Shown here piece after piece: positions 28,301 through 37,912 of a stretch of 37,912 nt of DNA. Numbering within the stretch: position 1 is the first letter of the stretch; each line of letters starts with the position of its first letter. Made by a program: the position numbers and the translations under genes. The notes under the pieces were generated by a model. That model was not told where the DNA came from, did not search any database, and saw nothing but the letters and a program-made list of their open reading frames with translations. The DNA comes from Catajapyx aquilonaris (Eukaryota), in NCBI GenBank assembly GCA_000934665.2, contig JYFJ02003761.1, positions 1 to 37,912 of the forward strand, in the 5' to 3' direction.

Positions 28301-31300
28301 TGTATTTTTCCTACTGCGACACATACAATCTGTCAGAAGCAGTCCCTGTTTCAAAATCATTCCTATTCACACGCATGTTGGACTGGTACAACTTGACTCG
28401 AACACAGTATTAGCGGATTTTGTTTGGGCCTAATTTGACACAAGTAGTCCTAGCATGACGATTCACACGTTGGGCTTTTACTCTCCTCCACTTCAACTCT
28501 TTGATGCATTATTGAAGTCCTTTTGCACACATTACCGAATAGTCACAGGAACGCTCCTCAATGCACGACAGAGTTGAGCCTAATGAGATGATTTTCCTCG
28601 TGCTATCTCGCAAGTTTCTCATGTATTGTACAGTGAGCCAATTTTCTTAGGTGCAAGTAGGTAACGGAAAGGTGCTAGTAAGGCTCAGTGTTCTGAAATG
28701 TGAAGGAGTAGTTTTAGATATGAGCTTTATAATGTGCAAAAATTATAGAGCACTAATTACGTCTCTACATAAACTATAGGAAGTGACAAAGCGTCGATGC
28801 ATCATAGATGGCTCGTCATAATCATAAAGCCCACCATCAAATAATGACGTTGCCCTTCAATTAATTTGAAAATGAAGTGTGATACTGACACTTTCACACT
28901 GTTATGCAAAATGGCATTGAAATTATCCTGTGAAAATTTTCTCATTAGTTGTCACCTGCTGAGCTGCCACAAATATATTTTCCCTTATCAGGACAGCCTG
29001 AGAAATTGACAGTTTTCTGGCTTTCCTGAATTCGGTTTAAAAATATCACATGAGAAAATAATATACAGTCCTTGATGATAGCATACTTTCTTTTGGTTTT
29101 TCCCGCATTTCTTTTTTAGAGTCGTGTATATTGTCTAGCATAAAACTGACTTGACCATCAGATTACGTCTGGAGGACTACATTTCACAATGCCTATAACT
29201 CAATTTTGACCAAAATGTGATTCTGATACTATTGCAAAATGAAGTTAGTCTTCCAATGCATTTCCGACCCACCTATTTATGGCGTAACCCAATAAGTATT
29301 TCTTTTCTACTGTATTATACCACCATCGAAAACGTTTTAAAGGGGATGAGTCTTCGTATTTAGCCCTGAATATTCTGATGAATTCACGCTGCTTAATGGT
29401 TATTAGTGTCAAATGATCGCTTTAAAAATAAATTGCTGGAATGATGAGAGTCAGGAAAGCAAACTGCAATGACTTGGTATTAGATTTTGTATTGTTTTTG
29501 GCGTGGAGAGCCCATTTTGGTGGCATTCTCTAGGGTGCAATGTAAGTTGGCTGGGATGGCAGACCTTGCGGGCCTGATGATGATGCTTAGTCCGCACAAT
29601 TTGGAGGCGCTTCTCAGCTGCCCCATTTCCGATATCAGCAAGAGGGGAGGGGCCCCACTGGCCATTGCAGAAATAAGCATGGGGTCCTGCAACGACATTT
29701 CCCGGAGGCGACGCCTAAAACGACGACAAATCCCTGGAGGAAACGAGGGGCTGCAGCGGTCAGGAAATGTCTGTCAGTTAGGAAGTGTTCAGGACGGAGC
29801 AAAAAGCAGCCAACACCTGCCTAACTCTCTGGACACTACTGGTCAAGAATAGTGTTGGACTCGGACAAAAAATAGGCCTAGCGCAAACAAATGAAGCCGG
29901 TGTCTGGTGCTGTACTCGCTGGTGTCTGCTTTGCGTGAGTACCGTGTGGATAGTGGTGGACTAATTATAAACCACAAGCTCGGTGCAAATGACTTATCCC
30001 AAAGCGGCGCATTGCAGTGGGAAAGAGCCACGGCGGGATTTCCCTTTTAAAATTTTAACCGCGGCTACTGCCCCTCTTTCCAATAAAGGTGCGCATATTG
30101 TGGTTATAGAGCGGTGCTGTAGTGTATGCATAAAAAACGACAACCAGCTTGATTATTATGATCTGTGAGACTTGAGCATGAATAGGTCTTTTGTGCGTCC
30201 TTTGCTACACGCTGTGATTGGAATGCTAATGTGAACGGGTTGACATTATTGAATGTGGTGAGAGAGAGCATGCAGAGAAGTGGGTTTTTAACATCCAGGC
30301 AACAGTGCGAACCCCCTTTAAAAGCGTTGTGTGTCCTGCCATTGTCACGATTAAACCTTGTTTGCCAGGTTTGTAGGTCACTTGGTGACACTTTTCAATC
30401 AGTGGCTGGGAAGGTGACGTGACCGAATCCAGCGGCACAGCAGAAGGGAGTTTGCAGCTCTGTGCAGATATAAAAGTGAGCCACTGGTGGGAACAATTGA
30501 TTCAAGTCCAGTGTGTAGCGACAATGAAACAAGTTTGGTGTAGCGTGACTGCGGAGTTGGCGCGTTCCTTTTCGGGGGGACCCTGGGGAAAATTAATTTG
30601 CACGGACGTTGTGGGTGATTTAGTCCAAAATGTCATTATGAGGTGGACCAGCGCCTCACAAAGACCTCCGCCCACAGCTCGGGTTATACTAAAACTTGAG
30701 TGATGGCGAAGTGAAAAAGTCTCTCATAGCCTATTCGGTTTTTACGAGGCCCTTCAAATGCTCTAGTGCCTGCCCATTTCATACCGACATTTCAGGCTCT
30801 AATGCCCTTGTTCCTGAAATAGAGCAAAGAATTACAGATCCGTTCACAGCAGATTCATTCGTTCATTCATCAGATGCCATTGGGAAAGTTGGGCGACTGG
30901 AATGCCGGGATCCAATGCTAGTCAGATGGACTCTCAACTTTTGGGTGCGGAGGGCATTTGGGACAACTCTGCCGGGTGGGGTCCACATTCCTAATGCGAC
31001 CGTTGGCTGAATTTATGGTCCGGGCATTCTTCATCCGGGAGTGGAGCATTTCACTCGGGCGATGGGCGCAAAATCTGATCAACCGCCGGATGCTGCCCGG
31101 ACTAAGCTTCTACCCAACCGCCATTGATGAATAACAAGTAGGGTTCAAGATCCGACCAAGCCATGGGGGCAAGAAAGGCTGGGGCATTAGGTTCACTGTC
31201 TTATGACGTCCTAAACTTGTCAGGGCGGGGTCTGATGACGACTCACGACTCTCTAAATTCACTGCGCTACAGGGTGGCGATCAAGTTGCCAAGAGCTCCT

Positions 31301-32665
31301 TCACTCTATATGATGAACATCTCTAGGGTTACAAAGGCCTTTGCACTGCATTTCCCTGCCCATTTAAAAGATATATCCAGACTTGTTTGCTAGAAAAAAG
31401 GATTTCAGACTCTTTTTTTACTTGAATAATTTATCGCTCCTGCGCTTTAATATGTGCTGCAGTCTTTTTTTTTTTTTGCTAATTGATAACGATAAGTTAC
31501 TACAGTGGGTTTTGCATGGCTCACTCTGCTTCATTAAGATATTTATTTGCAGCACTGTAGATGTGCCCATGATAGTTGAAAGCAGACATAAATGTATTTG
31601 ATGTAAGTTAATGCAGCATAAGAGAAAGTTGTTTTATGATCCTTAAGTTGCTGGTATTGCACATTTTCAGCAAAAGCATGTTCCTGGGGGGGATACCTAC
31701 ATTATTAAACCAGTTTTTTATTAGTAGAAAGGATGCGTGAAGCGTTTCAAAATTAATGGAATCGATGGGGCGCGTACAGTGTAAATGTTGCTAAATGATA
31801 TCAGCGCCTCTGTTATACACGTAGTAGCAATTTAAGTGCACTATGAGGAAAATAAAAGGAATTCATTTAGCAACGGTAAAATATACATTGCAGCACTCAA
31901 CTCCAACAACACAGCGTCTGCTAATTTGTGCCATGTCTTTTCTCCACGTGGCCAAAAAAAGTAGGCTGGCCGAGGGAGTGGGACAAGGGGAAGAGGAGAC
32001 AAGAAGAGTGACCCAGGCTCCTGGGGCTGTCATCTATAGTCGTGTGCAAGCTCAGCAAAAACAAGGGACAGTCTCCACTCAGAATGCTTTATGTGACACG
32101 AGAAAGACTGGGCAATATACTGTAAAGCACACTCAGGCCTTTCGAAACTCTCAGCTTTATGCCTGCACAAGGCGGTTAATTTATGAATCACTGAAATCAT
32201 GAAATTTCTTTTAAAAATTGTTGTCCTGGCGATGAAGTGCTCATACTTGACATCAAAAGGCATATCCTAGAGAAATGTTTATTTTATTATCTGAAATATG
32301 TAAGCCAAGAATCTCGGAAAGGAAGCAATGTTGAATTCGTTAGATAAACCTAATCACTTCATTTGGCTGCATAGTGGTGCCAAGGGGCAAAGAGAATGAG
32401 CAATTGATACAGGCTAATGCTGCTGATTAGGCAGACAGAGTAGACAAGCACGGTTTGTGATTGTTGCTGTAAATTGCGCTATTAATCAGGTGAGAGGTGC
32501 AAAAAAGGTGGGGAGGGTGGGGAGTAGTTAGTAATGATGGAATTTAATTGATCACAAACGAGTAGTTGAGGTCTGCAATAAATTTTGTCGTTTGAATTTC
32601 ATTGTGTTTCGGTAGTTACACGATGTAAAAAGGACCACTGCAGGGCATCCAGTGGGCATACTTAC

Positions 32666-32715
32666 CTGTGTGGTAATCGGGGGTAATACTTAGCATGTAT
32701 GCAGAAAAATCTTGA
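32666..32715 (-). other. Candidate 50-nt exon
   Basis: On the - strand: a T-rich tract then ...cccgcgcaCAG| acceptor, and a perfect donor CAG|GTAAGTAT. Confidence 0.3.
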
Positions 32716-33753
32716 CTGTGCGCGGGAATAATAAAATAATAATAAAGAGTAAAGTAATAAATAATAATCAATAATTTTTTTTCGCCAGGGTTGCCTCTAT
32801 TTATAAGTCACTACAGACCTTTAATGTAGTGCAGCAGGCTATGTTATGTACAATATTACATTAATCACTGTGATGTCTTTGAAATGAAAATGCAATACCT
32901 TTAAAATAGTATGGTATCACAATGATAGCTCTGATAAAGTTGCATTATACCGTGTAACAAATTTGATTTTTTGTTCCTGTATAATAAATGTCATTTCATA
33001 ATATATTTATTATACCTCAAAGCAAATTGCTTTCATTTCTTACAAACTTTAAGATTTTGTGATTGGACAACTCGTCGCTTTTCTCATCGGAAACAGGTAT
33101 TTGAAAATACCTGTCCTCACAAAAGCAAAGTACTTGTTTTGGCCCAAAGCGCCCCAAGGAATACGCTGACGGCCATTGGCTGGACTAGTAACAAACACCC
33201 TATATGCCAAGTGATGTATGTAATTGTTTTTGGGTATATATGATTGCATTGAGTTATAACTTATAATCACGGACTTTCCGCTGCGCATGATAACTCTCCT
33301 GGGGCTCATGACCAGGTGAGCCCTCAATATACCCACTCATCTCCTTGGCCTGTGACATACACAGTGTTATTTGCATGTGGGATTAAATTATATTAGAGAG
33401 GAATGAAGGTGCATAAGGAAATTATTTTGTGTTTGAAGCTTATTTTTGTTCAAATTTCTTCACGATCTTTCCATCATGTTCCTTCAAAGTCAATATATTT
33501 TTCTATTGCCAATTTTATCGGTATTAATGGAAATGCGATGTGATTTTTCCACGCTGCCGAAGATACGAAAGAAGTAATGCATTTTGCAAGCTAGTTTTTA
33601 TCTTTAGAAAAACGGATAAAGTGGTTAACAGTCTTAACACAATGTATGTAAAATTGACTCCCAATAAATTATTATCAACACTTCTTTCTGTTCAAATCTG
33701 TAAAGTTGCCTTATTATTAATAATTATATCAATATATCCATATTTCGAAGCAT

Positions 33754-33774
33754 GGGGGGGGNGGGGGGGGGGGG
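33754..33774. repeat. Poly-G run containing an N (33762)
   Basis: 21-nt G homopolymer with one ambiguous base. Confidence 0.9.
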
Positions 33775-34459
33775 CTTCCATCCATGGGAGCGTACTTTGT
33801 AAATTGGATGCACATCGGGGCTCAGGGATTATTCCGCCGTATAATATGCCAAGACATGATATATTTTTCGCTACACAAGATAATAATATTATCAGTTTCT
33901 CAGTTATTATATCCCAGCCAATGAAATTTTGTGGTTTCCATGCTGAAAAGTGCCACCCAAAAATTCAAAACGATCACGTTATTGCATATGGACATTGATG
34001 AATTTTCATGGCACTTCAAATAGTTTATTTGTATTTTTGGACTAATATTTCTGTACAGGTCATCAACCCCAAAGCTTCTGTGGAATGCAGACCCTTACCT
34101 TTTGGTTTTGCTCACTTGGAACAAAAGTTCGACCAACTCCAATGCCTGTTTTGTATGTCCTCCATTGTCTTCTTCCACTGCGAACTGAGGGGCCATGACC
34201 ATGATAAGCCTGTCGATATCTATCATCTCGCCACTACCAACAGAGACGCCAGAGGGTACAACATATGCTGCTAGTCCTGATACGAGCCCTCAAATGCCCG
34301 TGGAAAAGCCCTTTCTTAATAGTCGATGCTTGGCCATTCTTGCGTAATGCATGTAGGCTATATTACTGTAGCCTATAATATACACACCAGAAGGTACCAA
34401 GTCGTGCCTGAACAATTTGACCTCCTGTTGAAAATAATATATGCTAGATTTTGCATCAG

Positions 34460-35300
34460 ATCAGTCCTCACTAGAATGATTGTCCTGACGTCTTTGCGCG
34501 AATTTTTATAACAACAATAACAACAACAACAACAACAACAACAATATGAGCCAGAAAGTCCTGTACTCGCTGAGTGTGCGATTAGTCCGGCTGCTTAATG
34601 GACAAAATTGACGTATTTATGCACTTCGAGCCTAATTACTCTTACGCTTACTGTTACGCAGCATGAGATTCAAGACTCGTCGAAAATTCTGCAAAAGATC
34701 CCTACATACTCGCCGGAGAAGTTAAAACGCCAAATTGACTTTGGCGGCCATTTTTTAAATCAATGTGACGAAAGGGAGAAGATCGTGCTACTTTTAGTAA
34801 AGTAGTAGTAAACGCAAGGACGTCGTGAACGTTTACGTGATTTTCGATAGCTCTTGCCACCTTGTCCTACATACGTATTAGAAGCAATTCCGCACTTGAC
34901 CCATTGTCGCACTTACTCCAACTTACCCGCAATAGTCAGCAAGAACATTCAAAAACCACCGGCAATGACGGCTCAAAATAGGTGGTCGGCAGTAGACGAC
35001 CACGATCTCCGATCGGAACTAATATACTCCGGACAATGCAAATTGGCTTCTGAGGCCTTTGGAAATGTCGGAAGTGAGTTTTCCGACCCTGGGAACCTAG
35101 AAAATGGCACCAGAACGACCACCACAGCCCAACAGATGCACAGATAACAAGCTATTTTCTCTTAATCCCTTTTAAAAATTTCGTCTATCTATACAAAATT
35201 TACTCAAAATTTAGGTGGCAGCGCCCACCCTGAAAATACTCCGTAAGGCGCTTGGAATGGCGAAGAAAAAATAAAATCGCATTTGGTAAGAAGTGCATAA
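34460..35300. mobile_element. Possible non-autonomous interspersed repeat (Helentron/HINE-like or similar); boundaries uncertain
   Basis: Microsatellite near one end, an 11-bp inverted pair TTATGCACTTC (34617) / GAAGTGCATAA (35290), and internal motifs (GGCGGCCATTTT; CCGACCCTGGGAACCTAGAAAATGGCACC) that I recall from arthropod interspersed repeats. It directly abuts the mariner insertion. Confidence 0.3.
34510..34544. repeat. (CAA)n microsatellite, about 11 units with one interruption
   Basis: aacaacaataacaacaacaacaacaacaacaacaa. Confidence 0.95.
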
Positions 35301-35490
35301 TACAGGCCTGTGTCCACAATGAACCTCCCTAATATATTCCAAAGAGCGGTAAAAAATAGAAATGGGGAGGTATTTAAGGTTTTGGTTGTCTAAACGGTCT
35401 GGAGAATCAACAAGTTTCATCATGAAATTTTCTAACGGCCAATGTGATGCAGTGTTGCTCCTGTGAGGGATGCTGTTGGAAGATGCAAAT

Positions 35491-35559
35491 ATAGCATACA
35501 CAGAGGGAAAAAAGCAAGTTGTGTGGTGGTTAGCTGAGTTGAAGTCAACCACAGAAGTG
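35491..35559 (+). pseudogene. Transposase N-terminal HTH fragment (mariner-like, DUF4817-type)
   Basis: ATA(probably a decayed ATG)-AYTEGKKQVVWWLAELKSTTEV resembles, from memory, the arthropod transposase start M-x-T-x-x-x-K-x-Q-x-V-x-W-L-A-E-x-K-S-x-T-x-V. Stops and frameshifts follow. Confidence 0.65.
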
Positions 35560-35650
35560 CTGGATATTCTGGATATTTCGCTTTTCCACAACTCCAATAT
35601 GAGTCTATGCAACTACTAAAGTGGACAGCCCAAATAACGGTGTGTCCTTC

Positions 35651-35749
35651 GTCACCCCTGACATGTTGGAGAGAACGTCGTCGGGGGAAGGAGATTATCG
35701 GATTAAAATTGTGCTTGCTGCTAAAGGAGCACATGTGGAATGCTACTAA
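35651..35749 (+). pseudogene. Transposase C-terminal fragment
   Basis: Translates to VTPDMLERTSSGEGDYRIKIVLAAKGAHVECY*. This matches the typical Tc1/mariner C-terminus (I/V)TPDML.R.W.E.DYR.D...A..GAH.E followed by a stop. Confidence 0.8.
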
Positions 35750-35977
35750 TTTTTTCTACATAAACTTGATGAGTGTCCCTTCTCATTCGTACAATATTTC
35801 GACACCATGGTTCAGTAACTTGCATATAGTAGTAGCAAGTGGAAACTAGGATGGTTCAGGCACGACTTCTTACCCCACTGACTAGATGGTCTCCTATTGG
35901 TATGTAGCATCCAAGAGCATCACTATCAAGTTTCTAAAATAAACCGATAGCAGTTTGCAATTCCCGAGAATACTTAC

Positions 35978-36116
35978 ACGCATGCACAACAGGTGATAGG
36001 AAGAATAGGACCGCCATAATCTCTCCATGCCAGTAGTGGGCGCCATGATTTTTCACCTTGTTCCCCAAGTCGTAATAATTTCCACCCTCATGAATTCGGA
36101 AATCCACAAACAGAAG
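35978..36116 (-). other. Candidate 139-nt exon
   Basis: On the - strand: acceptor tatatttgttccattttAAG| and donor CGT|GTAAGTA. Contains ATGs in good context (aatcATGG, gattATGG). Confidence 0.3.
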
Positions 36117-36899
36117 CTTAAAATGGAACAAATATAACACTAAATGTCAAACAATTAAGAAAATCATTCCCAAGAGCAACAAATCAACGCATAATCAATG
36201 CACCAGCTGGAACACCGAGGTCATGTGTGTCGTCTACATGTGCAACTGACTTCGTATTACATCGTATTGTTTTCACCAGGAAAGTTACATGCTAATATGA
36301 ATAATAAAAAAGAATATGAAACCAAATGGAAGCAAAAATAATACGAAAAGAATACGGGTACTGCACAGATTACATAAAATACGGTTGTTCCATGGGCGAC
36401 TGCAACGCCTGCGGCTTGGCCTGCGGTCTCCAATACGAATTACAAACGAGGGGGTCAGGCTTGAGTCGGTCACACTTTTTACGCGAAGTTGGCTCCTCTC
36501 CAGATGACAGTGCTGTTGACACACCTGACTTGACTCGGCCCAGTAATCTGATGTAACGACACTAAAGAGAAACCCGGGCTGATTACCGCGGGTAGTAGCC
36601 CGCCATCTTACTTCCTCCTTTCATTTCCACCTGGAGGGATAACCGGCCGGCAATAGCTCACCACCCATCCACCCTATCTCCTCGTCACTTTACCTATAGG
36701 CTACCTGTATAACCCTTGCCCCGCGACACAGGCGGCAACCCTAACAAGGTACCCTACAAGGTAACGGTACTCAACCCACCACATGGGGCTAGCGTTACGT
36801 ACTGTAGGTAAAGCTGTCACGTGCAATTGAGCACCAGAGGGGCCCTGGAGAGAAACAGTAACTCGGAAAGAAATCGCTATGAAATATACACGATCTGTG

Positions 36900-36905
36900 T
36901 TTATT
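36900..36905 (-). terminator. Polyadenylation signal AATAAA of the zinc-finger gene
   Basis: TTTATT on + is AATAAA on -, about 100 nt after the stop codon. A + strand AATAAA lies immediately adjacent (36907-36912). Confidence 0.6.
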
Positions 36906-37005
36906 AAATAAACAAAGGTTTAAACCGTACCATTGATGCCTTGAAACACAAAAACCAAATGTTTCATGGTACGAAAATAAGCCCGTGCCAGCTTCACAGA
37001 GTCTT

Positions 37006-37912
37006 TTAGCGGCGCTTCTTGCAGTATCGGAGCAGGTGCTGCTTGTAGGACTGGGCTGAGGAGAATCCTCTCTGGCAGAGCTTGCAGTTGAACGGCTTGC
37101 GCTTCAGGTGTGTGTTCTTATGGTCCCTGAAGGCATAGGCCCTGTTGAACGCCTTGGTGCACCCGCGGAAGCTGCATTTGAAGCGGGTTTCCCCCTGGTG
37201 ATCCCTTTCGTGGCGGTTCCTGCTTCCTGTCTGGGTGAACTTGGAGGGCTTGCAGTTGAACGGCTTGCACGTCTTGCAGTATAGGACCCGGTGCTGCTTG
37301 CACGTCTTGCAGTATCGGAGCTGGTGCTGTTTGTAGGACTGGGCTGAGGAGAAGCCTCTCTTGCAGGGCTTGCAGTTGAACGGCTTGCGCTTCAGGTGTG
37401 TGTTCTTATGGTCCCTGAAGGCATAGGCCCTGTTGAACGCCTTGGTGCACCCGCGGAACTTGCATTTGAAGCGGGTTTTCCCCTGGTGATCCCTTTCGTG
37501 GCGGTTCCTGCTTCCTGTCTGGGTGAACTTCTTGGGGCAGATCTGGCATCCGTAGGGTTTCTCCCGAGTGTGAACTACCCTGTGTTGTAGCATGCTGGTC
37601 CTGTAGAGAAACCTCTTCTTGCAAAAGTCACAAGTTTTTCCTCTAGGAGAACGGCGAGGCCGACTCTTTTTCTCAGAAGGTTGAACCAAGGGTGTGGAAG
37701 GCTGCTCGGGTATGAGAGGAGTCTCCTGATCCATGAGGACTGCAGAGGCTACGTCCTCTTGTTCATCTCCAGAAGGCTGGACCAAGGGAACGGCAGCCTC
37801 GTTGGGTAGGAGAGGAGTCTCATTATCTATGAACATTGCAGCGGATGCGTCCTCTTGGTCATCTTCAGAAGACTGGACCAAGGGGATGGCAGTCTGGTCT
37901 GGTCCGAGAGGA
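37006..37912 (-). CDS. C2H2 zinc-finger protein, 5'-partial (continues beyond the window); about 6 intact fingers (4 C2H2, 2 C2HC) plus one broken finger, preceded by acidic/Pro repeats
   Basis: The frame is open from the window edge (PLGPDQTAIPLVQSS...) to TAA at 37008-37006; the ORF track's TTG start is arbitrary. Motifs: CDFC-x12-HRVVH, TREKPY linker (TGEKPY-like), CQIC-x12-HERDH, CKFRGC-x12-HKNTH, CKPC-x12-HQLRYC, then a repeat of the last fingers. Third codon positions in the finger region are GC-rich. No intron is apparent in the window. Confidence 0.92.
   Translation of the reverse strand, partial: PLGPDQTAIPLVQSSEDDQEDASAAMFIDNETPLLPNEAAVPLVQPSGDEQEDVASAVLMDQETPLIPEQPSTPLVQPSEKKSRPRRSPRGKTCDFCKKRFLYRTSMLQHRVVHTREKPYGCQICPKKFTQTGSRNRHERDHQGKTRFKCKFRGCTKAFNRAYAFRDHKNTHLKRKPFNCKPCKRGFSSAQSYKQHQLRYCKTCKQHRVLYCKTCKPFNCKPSKFTQTGSRNRHERDHQGETRFKCSFRGCTKAFNRAYAFRDHKNTHLKRKPFNCKLCQRGFSSAQSYKQHLLRYCKKRR
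37017..37530. repeat. Internal direct duplication in the zinc-finger array (about 226 bp, offset 288 bp = 96 codons)
   Basis: 37017-37242 is nearly identical to 37305-37530. The protein block KFTQTGSRNRHERDHQG[K/E]TRFKC[K/S]FRGC...RYCK occurs twice. The junction contains a 33-bp tandem (37264-37296 / 37297-37329, 3 mismatches). Confidence 0.95.
37673..37912. repeat. 96-bp coding tandem repeat (32 aa, PLVQxSxDxQED...ETPL), about 2.5 copies visible
   Basis: ACCAAGGG recurs at 37685, 37781 and 37877, exactly 96 bp apart. Peptide units: PLVQSSEDDQEDASAAMFIDNETPLLPNEAAV / PLVQPSGDEQEDVASAVLMDQETPLIPEQPST. Confidence 0.9.

Larger units (their letters stand above)
35303..35858 (+). mobile_element. 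Degenerate, internally deleted Tc1/mariner-superfamily DNA transposon (DUF4817-type N-terminus)
   Basis: Starts TA|CAGGCCTGTGTCCACAATGAACCTCCCTAAT. The right end TGGAAACTAGGATGGTTCA (35840-35858) is a diverged inverse of the inner left TIR, and the outermost right TIR is missing. Inverted subterminal motif GAGAATCAACAAGTTT / AAACTTGATGAGTGTC. Contains transposase N- and C-terminal remnants. Confidence 0.8.

Noticed and set aside
31141..31160. GGTTCAAGATCC, B-box-like (tRNA/SINE)
   Set aside because: No A-box at the proper spacing, no cloverleaf, and no tail or TSD.
32658..32668. ATACTTACCTG, identical to the 5' end of U1 snRNA
   Set aside because: Similarity stops after 11 nt, with no U1 stem-loops or Sm site. 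It is simply a perfect splice-donor consensus on the opposite strand.
34059..34290. Region open in several frames on both strands, with an acceptor on + and a donor on -
   Set aside because: No recognisable protein in any frame and the strand cannot be decided. Kept only as a possible splice partner.
35879..35901. TGACTAGA (miR-279-family seed-like) here and at 25261
   Set aside because: No matching mature sequence, and no precursor hairpin with the seed in the stem.
37118..37624. Short ORFs overlapping the zinc-finger gene in other frames or on the other strand
   Set aside because: Shadow ORFs caused by the GC-rich, repetitive codons of the real CDS.

Overview
A mostly non-coding eukaryotic (metazoan, probably arthropod; inferred from the transposon types and spliceosomal signals) intergenic or intronic window. 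The only convincing protein-coding sequence is at the right edge: the 3' part of a minus-strand C2H2 zinc-finger gene (37006 to the window end). It carries a 96-bp (32-aa) acidic/Pro tandem repeat, a recent 288-bp-offset duplication of its finger array, and a downstream AATAAA. About 1.1 kb to its left lies a nest of DNA-transposon debris, including an internally deleted Tc1/mariner element that keeps only the extreme N- and C-termini of its transposase (35303-35858). Elsewhere there are two TA-flanked mariner-type MITEs (4227-4437, 10811-10936), two striking palindromes (572-638, 25269-25384), a (CAA)n microsatellite, two poly-G runs containing N (possible assembly joins), several isolated well-formed candidate exons, and homeodomain-site-rich blocks. 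The other ORFs in the six-frame track look spurious. I found no rRNA, tRNA or CRISPR array and cannot support a confidently novel biological system. The 34.4-37.9 kb segment is the best place for a second look.
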